The position numbers and the translations under genes were made by a program. The notes under the pieces were generated by a model. That model ran no database searches. It was not told the DNA's origin and saw nothing but the letters and a program-made list of their open reading frames with translations. A stretch of DNA of 64,000 nt, counting the filler, from Nanobdellota archaeon (GTDB taxonomy: Archaea > Nanobdellota > Nanobdellia > Woesearchaeales > CAZZGN01): NCBI GenBank assembly GCA_051819665.1. It is 5 parts of 5 records of this genome, joined end to end, with 100 filler letters (N's around TTAATTAATTAA, not from the genome) between each part and the next. Parts side by side here need not be neighbours in the genome. Positions count along the whole stretch, not along the records: positions 1 to 14,101 come from JBNJDG010000027.1; positions 14,202 to 28,027 come from JBNJDG010000028.1; 3 more parts are not named here. One strand, written 5' to 3'. Positions 10,501 to 18,761 of this stretch are shown here, piece after piece; the stretch's first letter is position 1, and every line of letters starts with the position of its first letter.

Positions 10501-12401
10501 GCTTCAAGACCGTACTTACTAATGAGAATGTTACTTCCGGCATGTGCAAATCTGTTATGTCGCAGTATGTCTGTGATCTTATATATAATGCGATAAGATG
10601 CGGAGGTAAGTTCTTCTCCAAACAGAGCCTTGCGCCTTCAGGCTCGACCGAGGCCAGAGACGGACTCGGAGTAGGTGAGTTCTTCGGTGCGCTTAATGAG
10701 GCAGGAGAGGATGTTGCCCATTCGGTGAGCAATAGGTACCAGTCGACTACTATGTACCAATGGATGTTCTCCGAGAAGCAGCTGCTCCATTCAGCCTGTA
10801 TGGGGGCTTTCACCGGTAAATGGGATATGCAGATGGAGAATCTCCTTTCATCAGCCAGCGAAAAGATGGCAGTGGAAAGTGATGTGATGCTGATGCCGGG
10901 CAAGAGGAGGTTCAACACTTATTCTCCTGTCAATGGAAGGGCTACCCATATATATACTGTAAGTTACGGTATTGTGGCCGGTTCCGATATGAGTTATAAG
11001 GTGGACCTTGTCTGTTCTGCAGAGAACACATGCAATTATGAGGGAAGAGGTGGTAAGTGTGATTGTTATGATTCCGGAGAGGAGAAAGCTTATTCGACCG
11101 GTATTACAGGTAACCTGAAATCAGGAGGAACCATAAGCAAGGAGAGGCATATAGAGGTCTCTGACTCTAAAGTGAGGTATGATACTGTAAGGCTGACCTA
11201 TACATACAGGAACAATGAGAATGAAGAGGTCTCGAAGACTGTAGAGAAACCGATCAACAAACAGGGTGGTTCCCCGCCTGTGTGCAGTTTCGATGCGGAT
11301 GCAGGTGCTTTCCTTTGTGATTTCAAGGTAAGTGACAGAGGATATGCGAGTTTCGGGGACAGGATGCCCAGGCTTGCAAGTGTTAGTGGAAGGGGCAATT
11401 ATAAGGTCAATGAGAATGTCCTTGTTGAAGGTGAGATAATCAAGAAGAGCCCTGAGGATGATCCGAATAAGCAGATGTACCTTCTCGTGAATCTCAAAGA
11501 CGGCGATGCAGAAAGGTTCAATGAGAAAGTCAGTCTGAGGAGTGATCAGAAGTATGACCTTAAGGATATATTCAGGAATGAGATTGATCTTAGGATGAAG
11601 TCTGATTGGTTCTCGCAGACCAATGAATTTGAGGGTAACGGTGTTGAAGCATATCTTAGTGGAGAGCTTGACAGGGATGTGGATCTTGTCTTTGAAAATG
11701 CTGGTGATGGAGCGAATGTTACTATAAGAAGTTATGAGGATATTGATACAAATAATAAGGCTTGTAAAGAGACTGAGAAGAACGAATATGAATGCCCCTA
11801 TGAAGACAGGTTCTCTGTGAATGTTGGTGATGCTGAAATAACCATCAGAGGCACACCGAGAGCCGGCGGAGAGGGAGGAACTGATATAGGTGAGCAAATA
11901 GACAGGATAAAGGTCAAGTCTTCAGGTTCGAATACGAAGGACTTTACATTAGAGCTTAGTCTCCATTATGCCAGTGAGGACAACCCTGATAAGATAGATT
12001 ACCAGCCGATTGTTCAGGATGGGAAGAAACAGAAACAGACACTGAGGGTGACAGGTGTGAGTACGCTTTCCTCTGATAAGCCACCATGTTCATCAAAGTA
12101 TTACTATGGGGATGCAGTTCCGCCGGATGCCCAGTGTCAATGTGGAACAGGAGATGATGGCGAACTCTGTGAAGGCGGAGATTATTGTTATGACGGTAGA
12201 TGTGAGGATATACCTCCGTGCATAGAATATAATGAACAGGGAGATGAGGCAAGTGATTATCTCATAGACCATAGTTATGAATGCTTCTGTGGGGAGGAAG
12301 ATATACCGGGTTCAACCGATGCGAGAGATGAGGAGAGAATGTATTGTTACGAAGGGGAGAAAATAATAGGTAAGACGGACATGGAGGATAAATTAGAATG
12401 A
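7578..12401 (+). CDS. Giant (1607 aa) secreted surface protein: FN3-like and Ig-like repeats, Cys-rich core and C-terminal Cys modules
   Basis: Signal peptide; FTWETENATDGEVMYG..HSITIGNLEYNTEYYYKL (FN3-like); DMTPP and DKAGN Ig-like motifs; many Cys pairs. Confidence 0.85.
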   Translation: MKRIMFLVIFLLLPGLASATVEIDGNEVSFTWETENATDGEVMYGTEDLSYSKTGEADVKSHSITIGNLEYNTEYYYKLKNCNATDCTKSEMESFTTGQVPAADEDMFLEVYHEGQDVPVLYNDDEITLKVSSLPGADVFVRVNGELKRRAILGDSGNFTFESISGFSKGRNEINITADYEGEVKRLDQVIEVDMTPPEVEISEIPSMMTESSLLIKGNVSENVSVDIRVDSESVNGLQTDDNFSQEVNFADGERNLELVFTDKAGNEVKEEYDISVYTGKVKLDLDESIDSLSPAYVDKVRIKGKTEPGAKVVVYVNGETLARKSWQLSLSSLIKQFGTLVKDKDKEMITRADEDGNFVVDAHLSQDIEYEDYEGQRYTNIEEDDTRTREFTTVPAWKNNIKVVSIGHGNRTSDPVEGEVKLTTCDYGGDWNFNVIGSISPNILNPDLIKEGMASLGINYELEWQGLGEEEDAKIIGSKPEIRVPSERIRQSFSDDDKDYRIGERLVDSSGILHQFSRDALAGSIKVNLGNNPKDLSEYDNVKFVLKMEIDYEYSRFGETRTGRQIKCIPVSVPIDKKLEDEWKPKSLLKSGIKLMDWVKNVTKESADVVQDVKKVAFYTAIGTNVAHFIAKAKEKISCMGYKGVGKYSFIPHKSKEEGDGNALVEPGSNKCTTHDEKDKDCSGCWEAIKSTEKMEKINRWASDRIFCPAVPSVFEFARRSQSDPYYYYEVDGEKEIRAEPGCPGNESEISKDDEECESHYLEEWRSGCTLVGDLYSYSFREKNMSFFENLVDTVEGVCQENEYSQEIIHKKDDCCKEHSFTEDTETRGNDCFYVLNPEGLPKGIYEARFNQETMCKTKPDDPDSCVKDDEGNYVIDPAKSYSSIEIMGKNSGNAREHMVFNPANYTDDGSDHHNSVKEEMKDRCLTHYTVGEENKNVIDPTGGFFSSIQCGCLPAMEKYLRNYQKVAGMTSQCFKTVLTNENVTSGMCKSVMSQYVCDLIYNAIRCGGKFFSKQSLAPSGSTEARDGLGVGEFFGALNEAGEDVAHSVSNRYQSTTMYQWMFSEKQLLHSACMGAFTGKWDMQMENLLSSASEKMAVESDVMLMPGKRRFNTYSPVNGRATHIYTVSYGIVAGSDMSYKVDLVCSAENTCNYEGRGGKCDCYDSGEEKAYSTGITGNLKSGGTISKERHIEVSDSKVRYDTVRLTYTYRNNENEEVSKTVEKPINKQGGSPPVCSFDADAGAFLCDFKVSDRGYASFGDRMPRLASVSGRGNYKVNENVLVEGEIIKKSPEDDPNKQMYLLVNLKDGDAERFNEKVSLRSDQKYDLKDIFRNEIDLRMKSDWFSQTNEFEGNGVEAYLSGELDRDVDLVFENAGDGANVTIRSYEDIDTNNKACKETEKNEYECPYEDRFSVNVGDAEITIRGTPRAGGEGGTDIGEQIDRIKVKSSGSNTKDFTLELSLHYASEDNPDKIDYQPIVQDGKKQKQTLRVTGVSTLSSDKPPCSSKYYYGDAVPPDAQCQCGTGDDGELCEGGDYCYDGRCEDIPPCIEYNEQGDEASDYLIDHSYECFCGEEDIPGSTDARDEERMYCYEGEKIIGKTDMEDKLE

Positions 12402-13141
12402 TATACGAGACTTTCATTAAGACAGTGAACAGGATGAGACCTCTGCATCTCTTTGTGTGCGGGATTATTGATATACTATTCATAATCTATTATTCTATCT
12501 TCAGCTCACTCGGCTATAAAGCTCTTGTACCTAGACTGAGTGAGATAGGTGACCAGATGGCCAAGAATTTCACAGCCAATCAGGAGATGCTGTCTGTGGT
12601 CAATGAAATCGTCCTGGTACTTCTGCTGTATTTTTTCCTCGTCTACTTAGGGTTTGCAGTATTCCAGGGCATCAATTGGTTCTTCTCCCACAGGCTCTTG
12701 AGAAAGCTAAGTTTCTGGGGTTTCATGAAAAGGTTCACTCTGACTTCCTTCGTCTATTTCCTGATATTCCTGGTGGTAGCTTTCTTATCTTTGAGGTCTT
12801 CCTTCAATAGTGCTTTCATGAACGAGGGGAAGATGGCTGTGTATTTCTTCATATCTCTCTTTATAGTGGCTTATTTTGCATTGATAAGCTTCTCCTTTGA
12901 CAGGAAGGTATTCAGGAATACTATGAGGACAGCAAAGAAGGTCCATCTTGTGCTTTTATCGTATCTTGTGGTATTTGTCCTTTTCCTGGCTCTAAATCTC
13001 CTCCTTAACGGTCTTGGAGCTTTAGGTCTTTCAATATACTCGATTGGCGGAATTATTGTGTCGGCAGTTCTTATACTGCCCGCTATCACATTCTCGAGAG
13101 TGTTTTTGGTGAGTGTGTTGAGGAGGATAGGTAATTCCTGA
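12398..13141 (+). CDS. Polytopic membrane protein, last gene of the surface-protein operon
   Basis: About 6 hydrophobic segments; ATGA overlap with the previous gene. Confidence 0.75.
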   Translation: MIYETFIKTVNRMRPLHLFVCGIIDILFIIYYSIFSSLGYKALVPRLSEIGDQMAKNFTANQEMLSVVNEIVLVLLLYFFLVYLGFAVFQGINWFFSHRLLRKLSFWGFMKRFTLTSFVYFLIFLVVAFLSLRSSFNSAFMNEGKMAVYFFISLFIVAYFALISFSFDRKVFRNTMRTAKKVHLVLLSYLVVFVLFLALNLLLNGLGALGLSIYSIGGIIVSAVLILPAITFSRVFLVSVLRRIGNS

Positions 13142-13157
13142 ATGACCCTCTTTCATT

Positions 13158-13172
13158 CGAAAGATTTATATA
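13158..13172 (+). promoter_or_regulatory. Archaeal BRE-TATA promoter CGAAAGATTTATATA
   Basis: Purine-rich BRE plus TTTATATA about 40 nt before ATG 13211; the same 15-mer occurs on the minus strand at 23930-23944. Confidence 0.65.
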
Positions 13173-13210
13173 ATCATTTTGCTAGGTAATTATCAACTGG
13201 TGATATTAGG

Positions 13211-13993
13211 ATGGCCGATGATAAAAAGGATGATAAGAAGAAGCCGCCTTCAAGGAAAGAGCATCTTTATCATGATGAATGGGATGGTATAGAGATAAGC
13301 GATAAGGTGAAGGATTTACATGAGGAAATCCATCAAGTTCTTCCCGTTAAAGAGAAGGAGATTTCTGAGAAGTATAAAGGACTTGATATGGGTGATCTTT
13401 CTCCTTATGTCGATAAAAAAAGGAAAGGTTTGGGACAATACATAAAGGATGTTGCCAGCAAGACAGATCATTACCATAAGGCTCTTGACATAGAGAATCT
13501 GGATGAGCATACTCTCACTTCGATAGTAAAGGATTCACTTGAAAAGGGTGTTGAGATTAAGCATAGGGGTGATTTTCAGAATCGTGCTCAGGTTGATCAG
13601 AGAGCAGAAGAATTATTGAGAGACTATTTGAGAGAAGGTAGCAAAGAGATATTTGACTATCTTAAATCGGGCCTTGAGATGGACCAGAAAAATAAATTTA
13701 GGGAAGGTTATCTCTCGAAGGTAGATGAACTTAGTGATAAACATAAGAAAGAGTTTAGTGCGGCTCATGCAAGCTATCTTAATATCACTTCCTTTGGCCA
13801 TCATGTGCCTAAAGCTCATTTGATATCTGAGAATCCTAAGGAATATATTAACCAGACTCTTAGTGAGCAGTCCCAAAAATATTCAATGGCTCATAATAAG
13901 GAGGAGTCTTTCCATCATAGGACAAAAGAGGATAATAAGGTCGGGGATCTTTATTCTGATAAGGATAAAAAAGACTATGATAAAGCTGCTTAA
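13211..13993 (+). CDS. Hypothetical charged cytoplasmic protein
   Basis: 260-aa ORF with GGTGAT SD and its own promoter; no recognised motif. Confidence 0.7.
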   Translation: MADDKKDDKKKPPSRKEHLYHDEWDGIEISDKVKDLHEEIHQVLPVKEKEISEKYKGLDMGDLSPYVDKKRKGLGQYIKDVASKTDHYHKALDIENLDEHTLTSIVKDSLEKGVEIKHRGDFQNRAQVDQRAEELLRDYLREGSKEIFDYLKSGLEMDQKNKFREGYLSKVDELSDKHKKEFSAAHASYLNITSFGHHVPKAHLISENPKEYINQTLSEQSQKYSMAHNKEESFHHRTKEDNKVGDLYSDKDKKDYDKAA

Positions 13994-13997
13994 TTTC

Positions 13998-14101
13998 TTA
14001 TTTCCTTATAACGACCTTCCCTGTGCTCCTGTGGACATTGCCTGAATGAGAGTCATTGTGAAGGAAAGATAAACCAGAGATGATCCTGTCTTTATCCATA
14101 T
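13998..14101 (-). CDS. 3' end of the pilin-like gene that begins at 53949 (seen through the contig overlap)
   Basis: 14003-14101 is the reverse complement of 54280-54378; the frame continues ..STGKVVIRK to a TAA stop at 13998-14000. Confidence 0.85.
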
Positions 14102-14201
14102 NNNNNNNNNNNNNNNNNNNNNNNNNNNNNNNNNNNNNNNNNNNNTTAATTAATTAANNNNNNNNNNNNNNNNNNNNNNNNNNNNNNNNNNNNNNNNNNN
14201 N
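14102..14201. other. Artificial contig linker
   Basis: 44 N + TTAATTAATTAA (stops in all frames) + 44 N. Confidence 0.97.
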
Positions 14202-14743
14202 ATGTTGATCTTCTTCGTCGTGAAAGGATATGTGTTGATCTCCGCCTCTGAAGGCGTCAATTCGCTCAACACAGTCGTTTTCCCTACATTCGGGAGGCCG
14301 TATAAAGCTACTGTATAAAGGCTTGTCTTGACAGCAGGGAAATCCTTCATGACCTTCCTCGCCTCTTCGAGATAGTCAAGATTACCCTTGATCTTCTTTA
14401 TTACAGAGGAAGCGCGGCCATAGAACTGTTTGAGCTTCCCAGGATCCCTGACAAACTTCCTCTTGAATTCCTTCAGTTTGTTTATAGCTCCATCAACTGC
14501 CCCGAGGCTTTTCTTTATATACCTGTAATCAAGCTGTGTCCTTACGAGTTCGGCATAGAACTCAGGGAGAGAGTCTATACTGGGATAAGAATATATTATC
14601 TTCTGAAGAGCCTCTATAAGGTAATCCGAGAAAGCTTCTATCCTGCCTTTCGGGTCCTTGGACTTCTTGGCTTTCCTGAAAGCCGTATCTATATAGGTCT
14701 TGTGATCCTCGATGTGTTTTAGGTCCTGGAAGTTCATACCCAT
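14202..14743 (-). CDS. NOG1-family (Obg-like) GTPase, truncated at the contig end
   Basis: Helical N-domain PSIDSLPEFYAEL, YGRASS; G1 GLPNVGKTT; G2 YPFTT. Confidence 0.9.
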
Positions 14744-14762
14744 AAGGGAATCGACCGAGCTT

Positions 14763-15410
14763 TTAAGGCTTTTGGTCAGGAAGGATCAAGGAATCATATC
14801 CCTTTCTGGGTACGAGAGTGAACTCCCCGTGCAGATAATCGAAGAGAGTGGATCTCATCACCTCCCTCTTCAGCCCTTCCTGCCAATCCTTGAACTCACT
14901 GCTCTCTGGCCATTTCTTCTCTATTATACTCTCCACGAACCTCTTATCATACTCAGGGATTATGACATACTCACCATACTCCTCGAAAGTGAAGACCTCG
15001 ATGCCACTCCTCTTTGGGTTGAAATATTCAACTATGCCTTTCTCCTCCCAAAGCATCCTTTCAAGAGCAGTCAACCTCTTACAATCATCAAAGATGAATA
15101 TCGGATACTTGTTCCACACATCACCGAAAATGTCATCCAGCACAAAGTTCCGTAGGTACGGGCTCTCTTCATCGTTTACTGACCTGGGTAAAAGGTATGC
15201 CGAATGAACGCCCCTCTCTATGTTAACATGCTCACGCTCTGTAAAATTCCTTATATCCGGGTCGGTTATTATCTCGAGACTTACATACTTGCCTTGACTC
15301 CTGCCCTCAAAAGAGTATCCAGAAAGAGTTGTAATGGGGCCCTCTTTCTCTTCAATATGAAGATTCGTCCTCGCATGCTCCAGCGCCATCTCCTTCAAAT
15401 CTTTGTCCAT
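14763..15410 (-). CDS. Hypothetical protein
   Basis: Likely start MDKDLKEM at 15410; the longer ORF-track start overlaps the divergent gene. Confidence 0.6.
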   Translation of the reverse strand: MDKDLKEMALEHARTNLHIEEKEGPITTLSGYSFEGRSQGKYVSLEIITDPDIRNFTEREHVNIERGVHSAYLLPRSVNDEESPYLRNFVLDDIFGDVWNKYPIFIFDDCKRLTALERMLWEEKGIVEYFNPKRSGIEVFTFEEYGEYVIIPEYDKRFVESIIEKKWPESSEFKDWQEGLKREVMRSTLFDYLHGEFTLVPRKGYDSLILPDQKP

Positions 15411-15507
15411 ATACCCTTGATAGTTCCCTTTGTTTATAATGGTTATGGAATCCGGGAGCAGGAGACAATCAGATAATTTTAAATATATAACACAGAACTC
15501 GGGTAAC

Positions 15508-16068
15508 ATGGTCGACAATCCAACCAATCTCCACTCCCTTGACAGGCTCAGGGTCCTGCTCAGGCTCAGCACAAGAAAAAGCAGATCTACACTCTCTGAA
15601 GAGACAGGGATAGGCGAAGGGATCTTAAGGTCAATTCTTGATGATCTGAAGGAGAAAGGCCTCACTATATCGTCAAGAGCAGGCCATGTCTTATCGGATA
15701 AAGGAAAGAAGACTATGAAGAAGATTGAGAGAAGGATAAGCCTGCCCAGGAAAGTAGATCTCAAAGCATTCTACCCCGAACAGGAAAAGACAGCAATAAG
15801 GATAAAACAGCCTGAGGGGAAAAAGGATTTCGTCACCCTAAGGGATGAAGCAGTGAAGAACGGCGGAGAGGGAGCCATGATCTTCGAATGCAGGGAAAGA
15901 TTGTACTTACCTGGTCATGAAGGAAGATTCCCTTCCCTTGAAGAAGAATTTGATTTAAAAAGAGGAGATCTCCTTATCATCGCTTTCGCCCATCAACAAG
16001 GGCAATCAGAAAAAGCTGCACTTTCTGTCACCGATAAGTTGTGTTTCATTTCAGCATATATATCTTAA
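15508..16068 (+). CDS. Winged-HTH protein with DUF4443-like C-terminal domain
   Basis: HTH SRSTLSEETGIGEGILRSILDDLKEKG; LRDEAVKNGGEGA motif. Confidence 0.7.
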   Translation: MVDNPTNLHSLDRLRVLLRLSTRKSRSTLSEETGIGEGILRSILDDLKEKGLTISSRAGHVLSDKGKKTMKKIERRISLPRKVDLKAFYPEQEKTAIRIKQPEGKKDFVTLRDEAVKNGGEGAMIFECRERLYLPGHEGRFPSLEEEFDLKRGDLLIIAFAHQQGQSEKAALSVTDKLCFISAYIS

Positions 16069-16140
16069 ACATTATTAAAAAGAATTCTATTTTTCACTCC
16101 ACAAAATCTTATAAATCTCAGAACGAAAAGACCTTGTATA

Positions 16141-16242
16141 ATGACAGAAGAAGAACTCGACAAGAACCTCATCGAAAACTGGGAATACCTCAATTCTAAG
16201 CAGAAGAGAAACCTGGAGAAACTCGGTTTGAAACCGGAATGA
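16141..16242 (+). CDS. Small protein (33 aa) MTEEELDKNLIENWEYLNSKQKRNLEKLGLKPE
   Basis: Read manually; CTTATAAA TATA box about 26 nt upstream; fills an intergenic gap. Confidence 0.5.
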   Translation: MTEEELDKNLIENWEYLNSKQKRNLEKLGLKPE

Positions 16243-16361
16243 TCCAAGTCTATATCCCTTTTTTTAATTCTTTTAATCATAAACCAAAATATACTGATCA
16301 TAAGCAAAAGGAATAAATTTCAATAAAACTTTTAAGTTAATGATTTTTCTAAGAGCTGAGC

Positions 16362-18761
16362 ATGGGAAACATCACTCCGGCAATGAAACAGTACATGAAG
16401 GTGAAGAAGGATAACCCTGACTGCCTTGTGCTTTTTCGGATGGGGGATTTCTACGAGACATTCTATGATGATGCCAAGAAGGCTGCAGAGATACTGGACA
16501 TAACACTTACAGCAAGAGGAAGAGGAGAGAACAAGGCTCCTTTGGCAGGTATACCTTACCATTCACTGAACAGCCACCTATCAAAACTGCTGAAGAACGA
16601 TGTCAAGGTGGCTATCGTAGAACAGACGGAAGACCCGAAGAAAGCGAAGAAGGTCGTGAAAAGGGACCTGATAAGGATCATTACACCAGGAACTATTGTA
16701 GAGGAGGATTTCCTCGAATCATCAGAGAACAATTACCTTGTCTCTCTTTCAAGGGGAGAGAAGATAGGCCTATCCTATGTTGATATCTCGACAGGAGAAT
16801 TCAGGGCAACTCTTATAGAGAACGAGCAGAAACTGCAGGATGAGCTGCTGAAACTCAAACCCTCAGAGATAATCCTTCCTTCTAATGATGGTAAAGAGGG
16901 CCTGGAAAAATTCTACACTACTGAAAGGCCCGTGCATGAGTTCTTCTACGACAATGCCAGGGAGAAACTCGAAGAAAGGTTCCCTGCAGAGCTTGATAAG
17001 AAGATAACCGAAAGCGCAGGGGCTCTGCTGTACTATCTTGAAGAGACACAGAAGAAGACCCTTGATTATATAGAGAAACCGAGGGAATATGACCTCTCTG
17101 GGTATATGAAGATTGACCCAAGCACAGAGAAGAACCTTGAACTGACGAGGAACATCATCGATAACACAAGGAAATCAACCCTCCTGAGCGTCCTTGACAG
17201 GACAAAGACCTCCGGCGGGAAGAGAGAGCTCAAGAAGAGGATCCAGAGACCCCTTATCAGCGAGAAGGAGATCAGGAAGAGGCTGGATGCTGTGGAAGAG
17301 ATGAAGGAGGATGCCCTTTTCCGTTCTGAATTGAGGGACACTTTAAGCTATATGCACGATATAGAGAGGCTCATAAGCAAGGTTAGCTTCGGCAATGCTA
17401 ATCCTAAGGACCTTGTAGCTCTGAGGCAATCTTTAGGATGTGTTCCTTCGATAAAGGACATGCTTAAAGACACCTCCCTTAATGAGCTCGAGTTCCCGGA
17501 CGTATCAGATACATACTCGCTCCTCGAGAAGGCTGTGAAGGATGAGCCCAATACGACAGTGAGAGAGGGAAATATAATCAGGGAAGGCTACAACGATGAG
17601 CTGGATGAGCTTCATAAGATAAGGAAAGACGGGAAGAAATACATAGCTGATATAGAGAAGAAAGAGATAGAAAGGACAGGCATAAGATCCCTAAAAGTTA
17701 GATACAACAAAGTGTTCGGTTATTTCATAGAAGTCACGAAAGCCAATCTCAACTTCGTACCGGAAGATTACATAAGGAAACAGACTCAGGTGAACAGCGA
17801 GAGGTTCATAACCGATGAGCTCAAGAAGCTTGAAGAGAAGATAGTGACAGCAGAGGAGAAGATAAACGAGCTCGAGTTCAACCTGTTCTCTGAACTCCTG
17901 GAAAAGATAGCTGAGAAGGCGAAGGACATACAGACCATCGCGAAGAGCCTGGCTAAAACAGACGTTACGGCTTCCCTTGCAGAGACAGCCTTCAGGAACA
18001 ATTACATAAAGCCAGCTGTCAGCGAAGTCTTTGATACAGAGATCAGGGAAGGGAGGCATCCTGTCATAGAAGAATTCCAGGAAGAGTTCATAGCCAATGA
18101 CTGTGCTTTCTCGAAAGAGAACAAGCTCATGATAATCACTGGACCTAATATGGCGGGTAAATCCACATATATGAGACAGAACGCCCTTATAATACTCATG
18201 GCCCAGATGGGATGTTTCGTGCCTGCAAAGAAAGCAGAAATAGGTATCGTGGACAGGATCTTCTCAAGGGTGGGTGCTTATGATGACCTGACTCACGGAC
18301 AGAGTACCTTCATGGTGGAGATGACGGAGACAGCCAACATCCTCAGGAACGCAACTGAAAGATCATTCATAATCCTCGATGAGATAGGGAGAGGAACATC
18401 TACATTCGACGGTGTCGCTATCGCCTGGAGCGTGGCCGAAGAGATACAGAACATAGGAGCAAAAGCGATGTTCGCTACACATTATCATGTCTTAAACCGC
18501 ATGGAAGAGAAATACACGAAGATAAAGAACTACAACATAGCTGTCATGGAGAAGGATAACAGAATAATCTTCCTGAGGAAGATAAAAGAAGGCGCAACGG
18601 ACAAGAGCTATGGGATACATGTCGCCGAGCTGGCAGGCGTACCGAAGAAGGTCATAGAAAGGGCTGAAGAGATCCAGGCAGATCTAGAGAAAGAGGATAA
18701 GATGGAACAGAAGATAAAACCCAAGAAACCAAAACAGAGTTCATTAGAATGGTTCGGATAA
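16362..18761 (+). CDS. mutS: DNA mismatch repair protein MutS1
   Basis: TPAMKQY, FRMGDFYE mismatch-binding motif, GPNMAGKST, GQSTFMVEM, DEIGRGTST, ATHYH. Confidence 0.98.
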   Translation: MGNITPAMKQYMKVKKDNPDCLVLFRMGDFYETFYDDAKKAAEILDITLTARGRGENKAPLAGIPYHSLNSHLSKLLKNDVKVAIVEQTEDPKKAKKVVKRDLIRIITPGTIVEEDFLESSENNYLVSLSRGEKIGLSYVDISTGEFRATLIENEQKLQDELLKLKPSEIILPSNDGKEGLEKFYTTERPVHEFFYDNAREKLEERFPAELDKKITESAGALLYYLEETQKKTLDYIEKPREYDLSGYMKIDPSTEKNLELTRNIIDNTRKSTLLSVLDRTKTSGGKRELKKRIQRPLISEKEIRKRLDAVEEMKEDALFRSELRDTLSYMHDIERLISKVSFGNANPKDLVALRQSLGCVPSIKDMLKDTSLNELEFPDVSDTYSLLEKAVKDEPNTTVREGNIIREGYNDELDELHKIRKDGKKYIADIEKKEIERTGIRSLKVRYNKVFGYFIEVTKANLNFVPEDYIRKQTQVNSERFITDELKKLEEKIVTAEEKINELEFNLFSELLEKIAEKAKDIQTIAKSLAKTDVTASLAETAFRNNYIKPAVSEVFDTEIREGRHPVIEEFQEEFIANDCAFSKENKLMIITGPNMAGKSTYMRQNALIILMAQMGCFVPAKKAEIGIVDRIFSRVGAYDDLTHGQSTFMVEMTETANILRNATERSFIILDEIGRGTSTFDGVAIAWSVAEEIQNIGAKAMFATHYHVLNRMEEKYTKIKNYNIAVMEKDNRIIFLRKIKEGATDKSYGIHVAELAGVPKKVIERAEEIQADLEKEDKMEQKIKPKKPKQSSLEWFG

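Noticed and set aside
14146..14157. TTAATTAATTAA palindrome recurring four times
   Set aside because: Always centred in identical N runs; a synthetic contig linker. ORF-track entries crossing it are artefacts.
14763..15764. 333-aa ORF as given in the track
   Set aside because: Its first ~118 codons are antisense to the HTH gene and its promoter; the start at 15410 is preferred.
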